Assembly (NCBI GenBank): GCA_027317865.1
Contig: DAHVQG010000001.1
Coordinates: 96,001 to 160,000 of the forward strand
Length of the DNA stretch: 64,000 nucleotides
Direction: 5' to 3'
Origin: Bdellovibrionales bacterium
GTDB lineage: Bacteria > Bdellovibrionota > Bdellovibrionia > Bdellovibrionales > UBA1609
Position numbers and translations under genes: made by a program. Numbering within the stretch: the stretch's first letter is position 1; each line of letters opens with the position of its first letter. Below the pieces are notes generated by a model, which saw only the letters and a list, made by a program, of their open reading frames with translations, had not been told where the DNA came from and searched no databases. Positions 1-10,413 of this stretch are shown piece by piece.

Positions 1-724
1 CGCCTACCGGCTTGTCGAGGCTTACATCACGCTGTAATACACGCCCGCTCATCTCTTTCACTTCATCTTCGGAAATGCCAAGGCGCCCGCTGATTTGCAT
101 AAGACCGGCTTCCATCCCCATGCGTTCGAGTTGGTCGCGGCTTCGTTGCAGTTCGTAGAACAGCTTTCGCTGATTGTGAGTCGTGCCGATTCGAACCATA
201 GAATAATGCCGCATGAGAAACTCTTGAATATGGCCTCGAATCCACCACACGGCGTAGGTGATAAGCCTAACGCCTTTGTACGGGTTGAATTCTTTCACGG
301 CCTGCATCAGCCCGACGTTACCTTCTTGGATGAGATCGATCAGGCGCGCGCCGAACTTTGAATACTCCATGGCGATTTTGACGACAAAGCGGAGATTCGA
401 TGTCACAAGTTTTTGCGCCGCCTCGCGATCGCCGGTTTCGCGATAGCGAACAGCTAATTTGTACTCTTCGTCGCGAGTGAGAAGCGGGTATTTACGAATC
501 TCAGCCAAATACCGTGAAACAGGGTCTGCGCCGACAAGCGCGCCATCTTCTTTGATAGCGAGCGCCGTTTCGTCTTTTGTTAAGTCGATGTTATCCCGCT
601 CGTCGTTTTCTGGAGCAATACTCTCCAGGTTTTCTGGAGCGATAATTTCTGGCGTGACAACGCGAGTGGATGTTTTTTTAGCGCGTGTTTTTTTTGCGGG
701 GGTTTTCGGTTTCTTTCGAACCAT
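1..724 (-). CDS. rpoH: RNA polymerase sigma-32 factor (3' end outside window)
   Basis: Manual translation of the minus strand from ATG 724 gives DPVSRYLAEIRKYPLL...NLRFVVKIA...DLIQEGNVGLMQAV...YAVWWIR and an RpoH-box-like QRKLFY. Missing from the ORF track because it runs off the edge. Confidence 0.9.
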   Translation of the reverse strand, partial: MVRKKPKTPAKKTRAKKTSTRVVTPEIIAPENLESIAPENDERDNIDLTKDETALAIKEDGALVGADPVSRYLAEIRKYPLLTRDEEYKLAVRYRETGDREAAQKLVTSNLRFVVKIAMEYSKFGARLIDLIQEGNVGLMQAVKEFNPYKGVRLITYAVWWIRGHIQEFLMRHYSMVRIGTTHNQRKLFYELQRSRDQLERMGMEAGLMQISGRLGISEDEVKEMSGRVLQRDVSLDKPVG

Positions 725-742
725 CGAGCTTCCGTATTCGTA

Positions 743-1045
743 TCAGACTATTTGTTCGAGCTTTTTGTTGAGGGTACTCTCGACGACACCCTTAACTAGA
801 ACCAAAGCCAGAGGCAAATCGACGACAATTTCTATCTCAGACCCCGAGCCTGCATTTTTGACATTCATGTGGGCTTTGAACATCTTGCCGTTAGCTTCAC
901 CGGTTAGCCCTTTTTCATCAAAGGTCGTTTTATAGGCAGCATCGAGCTTTTTTAGATCGTGGTCATTTTCAAGCAGGGTTTTAACCTTCTGAAAAGCTTC
1001 GTTTGCGGATAATTTAGTCTTTTTTTGTATTGTAACCTTTGGCAT
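743..1045 (-). CDS. Polyhydroxyalkanoic acid system (PHA_gran_rgn-like) small protein
   Basis: 100 aa; C-terminal IEIVVDLPLALVLVKGVVESTLNKKL pattern typical of the family. Confidence 0.6.
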   Translation of the reverse strand: MPKVTIQKKTKLSANEAFQKVKTLLENDHDLKKLDAAYKTTFDEKGLTGEANGKMFKAHMNVKNAGSGSEIEIVVDLPLALVLVKGVVESTLNKKLEQIV

Positions 1046-1191
1046 AGAATAAAATTATGCTTTTTGGCGGGGGCTGTCTAGCAGGATGGCGCTGCCGCAC
1101 GTTTTTCATAGTTGATCTCGCGGTGCCGAAATGCGAAATTGTTGTGCGAGGAGGCGTGAGGCTGAACTGAACTAATGCTGACGCGTAAACC

Positions 1192-2967
1192 ATGAAATTT
1201 ATTTCTCAACTTAAACGCAGTCATTACTGTGGCGAAATCGACCGCCGTAACGAAAATCAAAACGTCGTTCTTATGGGATGGGTTAATACCCGGCGCGACC
1301 ATGGCGGTCTTGTATTTATCGATTTGCGTGACCGCAGCGGGCTTGTGCAGGTTGTACTTAATCCAAATCAAGAGGCTTGTAAGGCTGCCAAAGACATTCG
1401 CGGCGAATTTGTTGTTGCGATTGAAGGCAAAGTTCGCGTTCGCCCTGAAGGGATGCGCAATCCCAATTTAAAAACGGGTGAGATCGAGATTGTCGGCGAG
1501 CGAATTGAAATGCTCTCGGAGGCGCGAACCGTTCCGTTTGAGCCAGGCGATGAAAAAGTCTCAGAAACTTTGCGGCTCAAATATCGTTATCTCGATTTGC
1601 GTTCGCCGCGCTTGCAAGCTCATCTCATGAAACGTCACGAGGTCATGATGGCCGTGCGTGAAGGGTTGCATTCTAAAGGTTTTATAGAAATTGAAACTCC
1701 GATATTGTACAAGAGCACTCCTGAAGGCGCGCGTGATTATCTTGTGCCGTCTCGGGTGAATCCGGGGATGTTTTATGCACTCCCGCAGAGCCCACAAACG
1801 CTCAAACAACTTTTGATGATTGGTGGCATTGACAAGTATTTTCAAATCGCGCGGTGTTTTCGAGATGAAGATTTACGCGCGGACCGTCAACCTGAATTTA
1901 GTCAAATTGACGTTGAAATGAGTTTTGTCGATCGCGACGATGTGATGAAAGTTGCCGAAGATCTCATGCGCTACGTCTGGCAGAAAATAAAAGGCGTTGA
2001 TATCGGCGATTTGCCAGTAATGACCTACACCGAAGCGATGAACCGCTTCGGTTGTGACAAACCGGATCTTCGTATCGCTTGGGAGCTTAAAGATTTGACT
2101 GAAAAGCTTCGCGATTCTTCTTTCAAAACGTTTTCGGATGTCGCCGGGCGCGGCGGTTCGATCAAAGGCTTATTCGTTCCGGCACAATTTTCGCGCGGCC
2201 AAATTGATAAACTGACCGAAAAGGCGAAGCAAATGGGTGCCAAAGGTCTTGCTTACATTAAAGTCGACGAAAAAAATCAGATCTCAAGCCCGATCGCAAA
2301 ATTTTTTGACGAAAACGAACTGCGAGAGATTTACACCGCCTGCGGCGGGGCAAAATCAGGTTCGGTATTTATAGTGGCTGACGATTTCGCGGCAACCTGT
2401 GCTGCGTTGTCTACTTTGCGTTTGCATTTAGCCCATGAGCTAGGCGCGGTCGATACAAGTCGCGATCGATTTTTGTGGGTGGTGGATTTTCCGCTTCTTG
2501 AATATTCGCCCGAAGAAAAAAGGTGGGTCGCTTGTCACCATCCATTCACTGCACCGAAAGATGAAAATTTGGCGGCATTAGTTCAGAAGGACGAATCGGA
2601 ATTTCCACGTTTGAAAGCTAAAGCCTACGATTTAGTTTGCAACGGGCACGAGATTGCCGGCGGCAGTATACGGATACATCGCGGTGAGACTCAAAAGGCC
2701 ATGTTCGATGCACTCGGCCTGACTGAAGACGAAATTCAACTGAAGTTCGGGTTTTTCATCGAAGCTTTGACCTACGGAACTCCACCGCACGGTGGAATCG
2801 CATGGGGACTCGATCGACTCGTGATGATTCTTTGCGGTACTGATGCCATTCGCGAAGTCATTGCATTCCCGAAAACGGCTAAAGCGACGGATTTAATGGC
2901 CGATGCGCCGAGCCCGGTTTCGCGCGAACAGCTCATTGAACTTGGTATCCGTTTAATTGAGCGGTAA
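1192..2967 (+). CDS. aspS: Aspartate-tRNA ligase
   Basis: RSHYCG, RRDHGG, LPQSPQ, FRDEDLRADRQPEF and PPHGGIAWGLDRL motifs. Confidence 0.98.
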   Translation: MKFISQLKRSHYCGEIDRRNENQNVVLMGWVNTRRDHGGLVFIDLRDRSGLVQVVLNPNQEACKAAKDIRGEFVVAIEGKVRVRPEGMRNPNLKTGEIEIVGERIEMLSEARTVPFEPGDEKVSETLRLKYRYLDLRSPRLQAHLMKRHEVMMAVREGLHSKGFIEIETPILYKSTPEGARDYLVPSRVNPGMFYALPQSPQTLKQLLMIGGIDKYFQIARCFRDEDLRADRQPEFSQIDVEMSFVDRDDVMKVAEDLMRYVWQKIKGVDIGDLPVMTYTEAMNRFGCDKPDLRIAWELKDLTEKLRDSSFKTFSDVAGRGGSIKGLFVPAQFSRGQIDKLTEKAKQMGAKGLAYIKVDEKNQISSPIAKFFDENELREIYTACGGAKSGSVFIVADDFAATCAALSTLRLHLAHELGAVDTSRDRFLWVVDFPLLEYSPEEKRWVACHHPFTAPKDENLAALVQKDESEFPRLKAKAYDLVCNGHEIAGGSIRIHRGETQKAMFDALGLTEDEIQLKFGFFIEALTYGTPPHGGIAWGLDRLVMILCGTDAIREVIAFPKTAKATDLMADAPSPVSREQLIELGIRLIER

Positions 2968-3119
2968 CAATTGTAATAGAGCCGTCAAATCCAAGCCAAA
3001 CGACCAGTTCGTCTCAGAATTAGACGTAGGGCCGTCAATCAACGTTGATCCACCACCGATGTCTAAGATTGAGACGATCTGACAAGGATGTCGAGCGTGA
3101 CAGCACAAGGAGGTGCTTC

Positions 3120-3647
3120 GTGAAGAAAATAAGTGGAATTTTACCTGCCGATAAGCGAATTACGACGGTGGATCTTCGCAGCGGCGGCACGGCGCGCCCC
3201 GGGATGCCAAGTTTTGGACGCCCTGTTGGACCATCCCCAGAGGCGCGGACAGCATTTTTCGCAAACCAAGCGGCGATGCAAAGGTTACAAGATCAACGAG
3301 AACTCGCGTCGAAACGAGATCAACAAGCGGCCATTGTAAAACGTATGGCTGATCAATTTTTTGTGCAAGAGTCTCACACCGACAGCGTGCGGTCCTATCG
3401 ATCGCCGGTCGAGCAGCCGATGCTTTCACAAACTGATATTATTTCTCCGATGGTTCGTTCATCACGCGAAAATTTGCCGCTTCAAATGGGTGAGCCTTCA
3501 ACAATCGGGTCGGCAATGACCGAAATGCCCAGTGCTGTTGGAACAAACGGAAATTCGGCGAGTGGCAATTCATCCGGGGCAAACGACAAATCAGTTGATC
3601 CGCGGGATCAATTGGTTGCGGGGCAACATCTTGACGTGCGGGCTTAG
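3120..3647 (+). CDS. Hypothetical protein
   Basis: GTG at 3120 preceded by AAGGAGG; about 175 aa; ends GQHLDVRA. Confidence 0.65.
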   Translation: MKKISGILPADKRITTVDLRSGGTARPGMPSFGRPVGPSPEARTAFFANQAAMQRLQDQRELASKRDQQAAIVKRMADQFFVQESHTDSVRSYRSPVEQPMLSQTDIISPMVRSSRENLPLQMGEPSTIGSAMTEMPSAVGTNGNSASGNSSGANDKSVDPRDQLVAGQHLDVRA

Positions 3648-3661
3648 CACGATTCATGACC

Positions 3662-3871
3662 TTATCGGTCTTGCCATCGTTTCGCTCTCAAAATTGCTCC
3701 TGCGCCAAACGTTGAAAGCCCAAGTAGAATAAACTCCATCACGTGGATATGCATGGCGCTGCCGCTTTCTCGTCCTTCGAAAATGCATGCGATGGGCCCG
3801 AAGACGATCAGAAGAGTTCCCGCTTCGCATAGACCCTCTGAGATCATTTCGCGATACGTCTTCTTGTTCAT
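3662..3871 (-). CDS. Small membrane protein with two hydrophobic segments
   Basis: ATG 3871 just after the cpaF stop, with a GGAG RBS. Confidence 0.5.
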   Translation of the reverse strand: MNKKTYREMISEGLCEAGTLLIVFGPIACIFEGRESGSAMHIHVMEFILLGLSTFGAGAILRAKRWQDR

Positions 3872-3872
3872 A

Positions 3873-5030
3873 TTAATCTCCGTGCCCACTCACTTGTTCG
3901 CCCGTATATTCGTACGCCGGCTCCAAACAAAATCCATTTTCTTCAAGGGACGTGACGCGAGAAATACTTTTCAACCGTCGAGCGCCGTTGATTTTAGTAA
4001 CCGAGACGACGTATTGAATGCCAAAAAAAATGAGGTGACGAATTGCACGCAATGACCATTGGGGCGCGCCCATTTGCACGAGCATTTCAAGTCGCAACAG
4101 AGCTTGACGGGGATTTTCGGCATGAAGTGTCCCGAGTCCGCCGCGGTGACCGGTTGAAAGCGCCATGAGTAGATCCTTGGCTTCTTGCCCCCGTACTTCA
4201 CCGACGACGATTCGATCAGGGCGCATACGAAGCGCTTGTCGCAAAAGCTCCGCTTGATCCACATCTTGCAATACTCCGGAAGGATCTTGTCGCGACAGAA
4301 GTTTCACTGACGCTGTGTTGGGGAGTTGTATCTCATTTGTGTCTTCAATTGTGACCACTCGTTCGTTGGGGTCGATTTCCTGCAAACACGCGTTTAACAC
4401 CGACGTTTTTCCGCTGCCGGTACCGCCGATAATCAAAAATGATTGATGTTCTCTAACCAGTTGCCGCAGACGATCGAGCGCTTGTTCTGTGGCCCAACCT
4501 GTTTCTGCAAGAGCTTTGAACGTCCACGGATTTTCGGGGTGCCGGCGAAGTGATACGTGAATGTCACTTTGCGCGAGTGGTGGTAAAATAATATGGAGCC
4601 GGAATTTTCGCCAATATCCGTCAGCGAAGGGGCGCTCCAGGTTTGCTTGCACTCGGGCTTCGCTCATCACACGGTGCAAAAAATTGTTCAGGCTTGCAGA
4701 GGACAAAAATTTGTCGTCGTGCTGGTGGAGCTTTCCGCTTTTTTCAAACCAAATCGAGCCGAACCCGTTGACTAGAATTTCGGTAATCAGCGGGTCGTTT
4801 ATTAGAAGCTCAAGCGGCCCGCAACCAAACATTTCTTGCTCGACGCGCATGCGGCATTCATTTGTACAGTCTGAAAATTTCTTCGTGAGAAGTTCAACCG
4901 CGCGTTCACGTAAACTCGCCATTTCGCGAACCGAGGGCCGGGTTGTTACATCGATAACTGACTCGGACTGCAATTCTGTCAAGAGCCGGTCATAAGTTGC
5001 GCGTGCGGTGGCCATATTTTCGAAGCTCAT
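3873..5030 (-). CDS. cpaF: Tad/Flp pilus assembly ATPase (CpaF/TadA)
   Basis: Walker A GGTGSGKT, TIEDTNE, LRMRPDRIVVGEVRG and TGH..TLHA. Confidence 0.93.
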   Translation of the reverse strand: MSFENMATARATYDRLLTELQSESVIDVTTRPSVREMASLRERAVELLTKKFSDCTNECRMRVEQEMFGCGPLELLINDPLITEILVNGFGSIWFEKSGKLHQHDDKFLSSASLNNFLHRVMSEARVQANLERPFADGYWRKFRLHIILPPLAQSDIHVSLRRHPENPWTFKALAETGWATEQALDRLRQLVREHQSFLIIGGTGSGKTSVLNACLQEIDPNERVVTIEDTNEIQLPNTASVKLLSRQDPSGVLQDVDQAELLRQALRMRPDRIVVGEVRGQEAKDLLMALSTGHRGGLGTLHAENPRQALLRLEMLVQMGAPQWSLRAIRHLIFFGIQYVVSVTKINGARRLKSISRVTSLEENGFCLEPAYEYTGEQVSGHGD

Positions 5031-5045
5031 GTCTGAAGCGCTCCC

Positions 5046-6428
5046 CTAGCTGTCCCAATTTTTCAGTTGTGGGATTTGAATTTTTTGATTCTCGTCTTGT
5101 ACGTTGACGATCGAGGGAGTGACGAAGATGAGAAGTTCGGAGCGTTGTTTTCTAAAATCTTCCGAGCCGAACAGGCGCCCAAGAATCGGCAAGTGTGACA
5201 GCAGCGGAAGATCGTTAGTATCTTTCGACCACTCGTTGTCGATGAGCCCGCTTAAAATTATTGTTCTTGGTTCGGGTAGGTCAAAATGCGTAGTCATTTG
5301 ATCGGTCTTAAATGCGGGGATTTGATCCACAGAATTTGAATTGGCGCGATCAAGTTGCGAAATTTCAGTGGTGAGGTCGATGCTGAGCCGGCCTGAATAA
5401 TCTGCAATCGGTTTAATTTTTAACGAGATGCCGTAGGTTTTGTACGACACTTGCTGATAGTACTGCGTCGCCGCGCGAACGGGGACTTCACCGCCGGCTA
5501 AAAAACTAGCTTGAGATCCGCTCCGAGCAAGTAGTGTGGGTGAGGCGAGAATTTGCGCGAGCCCTCGAGCTTCTAGCGCGTGCAACTTTACATCGAGCGT
5601 GGGCGTTATCATCTGCGGGAGCAATTGCTGTTGTACCGAATCGGGCCAGTCCACTCCCAATTTTCGTTCGGCGGATTTATTTACCTCGGCAATCGTGATT
5701 TTTACGCGCACAAGCGGTTTAAGCGACATGGCCGATTTTTCATAAACGCGCGCAATTCCGAACGGCGCGAGGACTTCGTCCCATAGGTTTTTTAGGTTTT
5801 CATCGCTTTGTGCGATAATCGCGTGAGCCATTGGTGACCAAATCAAATTGGGCATGGGCAGATTTCGCGACAGCAGTTGATTGCGAAAGTAAGTGAGCGC
5901 CCGGGCTTTTACATCGTTATCTATTCGCGCGCGAAAGGTATAAGGGCTGTCGAAATTTGCGGCGATGCGGCTGATCGCAATCCAATCCTGAAGGCGATGG
6001 AGCTGCCCGGTGACCGTCACCCTCCCGTCGAGCATTTCTATTTTTAGCCCGAGCATTGTTCGTACCGCGTCTCGAAGCGCCGTAAATAAATTTTGATTTT
6101 TTCGGCCGGTCACAAAAATATTGTAGTCGCGTGAACCGATTATAATCTGCGCTTCGCCGGGCGCCCGCCCGGTAGCGACGATTTTGATTTTGTCGTCACG
6201 AACCGAGATAAAATGCGATCCTTTTACGCGTACGATTTCATTCGGGGCCGCCGGCAACGCACGACTTTGCCCCACAAGGAGGGTTAGATCGTCGGCATAG
6301 GCTTGAGATGCATTCACTGACAGAGCGCATGCGAAGAGTAAGATGAGTATGGTCAACTCTTTTATGGCGCACATGGCCGCCTTTGCCGAGAAAACGGGAT
6401 TAGCCCCAAGTTTTGTTTTCAACTTCAT
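5046..6428 (-). CDS. cpaC: Tad pilus secretin (CpaC/RcpA family)
   Basis: ILASPTLLARSG.ASFLAGGEVP and LPILGRLF...ELLIFVTP motifs. Start moved to ATG 6428 (GGGAG RBS, downstream of a sigma-54 site). Confidence 0.88.
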   Translation of the reverse strand: MKLKTKLGANPVFSAKAAMCAIKELTILILLFACALSVNASQAYADDLTLLVGQSRALPAAPNEIVRVKGSHFISVRDDKIKIVATGRAPGEAQIIIGSRDYNIFVTGRKNQNLFTALRDAVRTMLGLKIEMLDGRVTVTGQLHRLQDWIAISRIAANFDSPYTFRARIDNDVKARALTYFRNQLLSRNLPMPNLIWSPMAHAIIAQSDENLKNLWDEVLAPFGIARVYEKSAMSLKPLVRVKITIAEVNKSAERKLGVDWPDSVQQQLLPQMITPTLDVKLHALEARGLAQILASPTLLARSGSQASFLAGGEVPVRAATQYYQQVSYKTYGISLKIKPIADYSGRLSIDLTTEISQLDRANSNSVDQIPAFKTDQMTTHFDLPEPRTIILSGLIDNEWSKDTNDLPLLSHLPILGRLFGSEDFRKQRSELLIFVTPSIVNVQDENQKIQIPQLKNWDS

Positions 6429-6494
6429 TTTGACTCCCATGCCGATATTGGCCCGCCGTCCATCGTGAATCGTCGAATGACTGAGTTCGAGCCT

Positions 6495-6510
6495 TGCAAT
6501 CAGCGTGCCC
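6495..6510 (-). promoter_or_regulatory. Sigma-54 (-24/-12) promoter for secretin-cpaF
   Basis: Minus strand GGGCACGCTGATTGCA = GG-N10-GC with GGCAC and TTGCA. Confidence 0.75.
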
Positions 6511-6737
6511 CGATTGAAATGGACCGACAAAATCACGCGTTTGGTTTTATTAAACGAATCACTATTTTTACGGCTAAAAACGTATCCGAATTGGTCCGAA
6601 CGTCGGAAGTAAGTTGGACTTTGGTCGGCATTTTTCATTGAGATCAATGAAGTCGTTACCCAATAATGAGCTCCGTTTATACAATGATAAATGAACGGCA
6701 ATTTCATGTCGGGTATTCGTCGGGAGGGATCAATTCG

Positions 6738-9224
6738 ATGTCTGCCAAAGCTATAAAATTCATTCCACTGGCGTTACTCGCGACGGTTCTGCTTTTGCCG
6801 GCGCAAACAAGCTTGGCATACAGCCGTTACGTCAGGCATCGGCGCTTTGAACAGCGCGCAGGCGTCGGGCAATTGCACCTGTTGACATTCGATCAGGCTG
6901 CGGAGTTGGCGCCGCGTGAACGCGTACGTTACGTCCGCCTTTTACGCAGAGCCGTTGTGCAAGCCGAGCGTGAACAAATTGCGTTTCACAGTGAACAGGC
7001 GACGGCGATGAACGGCGTGCAGCCCGGTAAAAATGTGTTTGGTGGCGGGCAAAATTTATTTGCCATTCTTTTTATGCCCCATACTTTGCGGGCCAATGCC
7101 GCCAGCAATTCGTGCTACGCGGGTAGTGATCTTGCCGGGCGCGGAATTCTACCGACTGATAAGTGTATATACGCCGGGAACGTAAGTAGTTACCCCACAT
7201 CCGGTTATCAACAGCCGTTTCAATGCAAAATCGTGCGACGTTGCCATAACGGTGGAGTCGTTTGTAATCCGGTCGTGTTCGGTATTCCAAGCTATAACCA
7301 AGCATCGTGTATTCCGATCGACGAGCGACACGTGGCGACCCAGCAGTGCAATCTTCGACGGCAGAAGCTCGCAGCGGAAAACAGAAAAAATTCCGAGATC
7401 GCGGTTCAAGATGCGCAAGGGTTCTTTCAGTTGGATCAGTGCCGGATTTCGCCCCAAGCCGCAGGATGTCGCGGTAAGAATTGGGCCGTCACACAAAATG
7501 GTGCGCAAGGCCCAGTGGCCAAAACGATCATTAGAAATCTAATTGACCACGCGTACTCAAACGATGCCTACGCCGAATTGATAGCCGTCATGGAGTTATA
7601 TAAATCTCACCACTGGCAGATGCCACAATTCAATGCCGGCAAACACGAATTATCGGGATTCGCGTCTTCGTTACGCGCCTCTGTTTTTACCAATCCAAAT
7701 CAATTCGCAAATTCGTTCAACTCGGTCGTATCCGGTGTTCAAGAGATTTTTTCAAGCTACGAAGCCCACTGCGATCAGCATCTTTGTCAAACTGTCTGTA
7801 ATACCATTCAAAAATATAGACCGGGTGACTACGGAGTTCATAAGTCGTTTTTGATTGCTCGCGAGCTTCATCGAAAACAACTGTTATCGGGCCGATCCTG
7901 CGGGCCAAATGGCAACGCGACCGTGCGCAACGTTCTTGAACACCAAGAGTGCATCAGTATCGACAAATCCGAACAACGTCTTAGCTTAAGTGCCACCAAA
8001 ATTTTAAGTACGTTACCAGTTACACCTCCGACGATAAAACCAAAGCAGCCTCACGAAGTTGATCAGTCTTTCGGCTGCCGAAGTGTGTATCGTGACGATG
8101 CTGGTTTGTTTCAGCGAGCCGCTCAATGCACGGTTTGCATGTCTGAGTCTGCCGCGTATAACTATGCAAAAACACATCCTGGTTCAGGGCTTTCGAATTA
8201 TCGCGATTCCACACGTTGGAAGGCCTTACTCTCCGCAATGGCGCTTGTGTGCGGCGACTCGTTCAATGGCGCCACCGAAGTCAGTTCTGAAACAATGGCC
8301 CACTATGTTGAGACATTTGGGCAATGCGATCGAAGCACCTACAATTGGCCTGATAATCCCGTCTATGACCAACATCTCTTACAAAAAATCCGCGCGATTA
8401 CGAGCAAAAGTTTCGTCGACCACAAGCCGAAATCAGAAGAATGGCGAAAGCTATTTAAAAAAATCAATCCGCAATTTAAGCAAGTGTTTGGCGCAAGAGT
8501 GACACAGTTAATTCCGGTATTTTGCAAAAATAACAGGTTTGATAAACGGTTTTGGCTCTTCCATCCGTTTCACCCATATAAAGTAAATCTGTACAGCAAT
8601 TGGCAGGGATCGGGTGTTAACTGGAGTCCGAGCCACATTGCGCAATTCAAAGCGGAGGGGCGCGGTCAATTTAAACACTTTGTCAAAAAACTTGATCGCG
8701 GAGACGTAAATATCGACCCGTCATTGAAAACGTGTATGAATCAAGCGCTGAGCAACGCAAAAAAATTGTACCCATCGAACAAGATATGCCTAGATACTGT
8801 CCACCCGTCATCGCCGACTGATTTTGTTAATGCTCCGGGCTTGCAAAATGCGCTCAACAATTTTAGCCCCGCCGTTATTGCGCGCACCGGAGATTGCTTT
8901 GTTTCACATTCGTATTCCACTTACGGCCATCAGCAAGGGTGGGAATATGTCGCGCCGACGGATATTAGTCGCCCGACATATCAAGCCGACCCGTCTACCG
9001 GTATGAGCATATTTCAAAGCAAAATTCAAAGCTCCAATGAAATGCCGGCAATGGGCACATTCGTTTGTCATCAATCAGGCTCCGCGCAGTGCAACCCGAC
9101 GAAATATCAGTTAATAAACGACCAAACTATTCCCGATTATACGATTATTTACGAAAACCAAAGTTGTAACGAAACGTCGGCAAGCTCAGCTCCTGCGCAA
9201 AATTCACAGGGGAGCGCGAAGTAG
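6738..9224 (+). CDS. Large secreted Cys-rich hypothetical protein
   Basis: GGAGG RBS, signal peptide (…QTSLA), CIYAG…C…C…CNPVVFG…C…AT..C module and many further Cys. Confidence 0.8.
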   Translation: MSAKAIKFIPLALLATVLLLPAQTSLAYSRYVRHRRFEQRAGVGQLHLLTFDQAAELAPRERVRYVRLLRRAVVQAEREQIAFHSEQATAMNGVQPGKNVFGGGQNLFAILFMPHTLRANAASNSCYAGSDLAGRGILPTDKCIYAGNVSSYPTSGYQQPFQCKIVRRCHNGGVVCNPVVFGIPSYNQASCIPIDERHVATQQCNLRRQKLAAENRKNSEIAVQDAQGFFQLDQCRISPQAAGCRGKNWAVTQNGAQGPVAKTIIRNLIDHAYSNDAYAELIAVMELYKSHHWQMPQFNAGKHELSGFASSLRASVFTNPNQFANSFNSVVSGVQEIFSSYEAHCDQHLCQTVCNTIQKYRPGDYGVHKSFLIARELHRKQLLSGRSCGPNGNATVRNVLEHQECISIDKSEQRLSLSATKILSTLPVTPPTIKPKQPHEVDQSFGCRSVYRDDAGLFQRAAQCTVCMSESAAYNYAKTHPGSGLSNYRDSTRWKALLSAMALVCGDSFNGATEVSSETMAHYVETFGQCDRSTYNWPDNPVYDQHLLQKIRAITSKSFVDHKPKSEEWRKLFKKINPQFKQVFGARVTQLIPVFCKNNRFDKRFWLFHPFHPYKVNLYSNWQGSGVNWSPSHIAQFKAEGRGQFKHFVKKLDRGDVNIDPSLKTCMNQALSNAKKLYPSNKICLDTVHPSSPTDFVNAPGLQNALNNFSPAVIARTGDCFVSHSYSTYGHQQGWEYVAPTDISRPTYQADPSTGMSIFQSKIQSSNEMPAMGTFVCHQSGSAQCNPTKYQLINDQTIPDYTIIYENQSCNETSASSAPAQNSQGSAK

Positions 9225-9260
9225 GCAATTGTTCTGGCAGCATTCGGCTTCGGGCCGAGG

Positions 9261-10364
9261 CTAAGCTCGCTCCACCCGAAACGAGGCGTGCACGCGATTG
9301 CGCGCCGTATGAATTTGCAGTTGCGAACCATGACGTTTTAAAAGCGCTTGCGCAAGACTTAACCCCAGCCCCAAACCTTGCGAGTGTTTCAAGATATCTT
9401 CGTCAAGCGCAAACGGTTGCATAATTTTCTGAATTACTTTTTCTGACAACGGTTTGCCCGCGTTTGAAACGGTAATTTCGATATTTTCGTCGTCGGTGGG
9501 TTCAGTTGCGATTTCGATTTCGCTGTTTTCATCACCGAATTTAACCGCGTTATCGAGAAGCCGTTCGAGCGCTTGATTTACGATCTGGGCGTCGGCTTTG
9601 ATTGTAAAATCGTGTTTCGGCAAAGCGATTTTTTGTTTTTTTGCCGTGGCCGCGTCTGAAAACCTCAACGCCAACTCTTTAATCAATTCTTGCGTCGACG
9701 TTTTTTTCTTTGTGATTTTCATGATGCCGGTTTCGGCAGAAACAAACGCGAGAACGTCATTCACAATACGGTGAAGTTTTGTTGTCCCTTGCTCGATGCG
9801 GTTCACATATTTTTTTTGCTCCGCCGTTAATTCGTCTTCACGCAACAATTCCAAAAAACTAATCATTGAAGTCAGCGGTGTTTTGAGTTCGTGATTAACT
9901 AAGATCATAAAATGATTTTTAGCTTCGTCGAGCGTTTTGAGTTCGGCGAGAGCCTTTTCGAGAGCCGCATTTTTTACTTTGAGCTCGGCGCTCAACTCGT
10001 AGCGTTCGATCGCTTTATCGACGGTGTTTGAAAGGTCAACGGGATCCCAAGGCTTTGTGATGTAACGATAAACTTCGCCCGAATTTATCGCGTCAATGAC
10101 AGAGTCAATATCCGTGTAACCGGTTAGCAAAATTCGAATCGCGTCGGGGCAGTACTCAATGGAGTCTTTCAAAAACTCGACGCCGGTTTTCTTCGGCATA
10201 CGCTGATCGCAAATGATCAGTGAGACAGGATTTTTTTTGACTAGAGCTAGACCTTCGGCGGCCGAGGTCGCCTTTAGTACAGAGTATTTTTTGCGAAAAA
10301 GACGCTCCAGCGCCTCGACGCTATCAATTTCATCATCCACGCAAAGAATTGTGTGTTTCATCAT
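9261..10364 (-). CDS. Hybrid response regulator / histidine kinase
   Basis: Receiver (CVDDE, ICDQRMP), H-box NHELKTPL, N-box LDNAVKF, GLGLGL. Confidence 0.92.
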   Translation of the reverse strand: MMKHTILCVDDEIDSVEALERLFRKKYSVLKATSAAEGLALVKKNPVSLIICDQRMPKKTGVEFLKDSIEYCPDAIRILLTGYTDIDSVIDAINSGEVYRYITKPWDPVDLSNTVDKAIERYELSAELKVKNAALEKALAELKTLDEAKNHFMILVNHELKTPLTSMISFLELLREDELTAEQKKYVNRIEQGTTKLHRIVNDVLAFVSAETGIMKITKKKTSTQELIKELALRFSDAATAKKQKIALPKHDFTIKADAQIVNQALERLLDNAVKFGDENSEIEIATEPTDDENIEITVSNAGKPLSEKVIQKIMQPFALDEDILKHSQGLGLGLSLAQALLKRHGSQLQIHTARNRVHASFRVERA

Positions 10365-10413
10365 CGAATTCTCAGTATAGAATATTAGTGTGACTCGGGT
10401 TAGGGGAAAAGTC

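Noticed and set aside
95-935. Plus-strand ORFs of 88, 62 and 158 aa
   Set aside because: They are antisense shadows of rpoH and the 743-1045 gene.
6429-6707. 93-aa N-terminal extension of the secretin in the ORF track
   Set aside because: It spans the divergent promoter region, including the sigma-54 site; ATG 6428 has an RBS.
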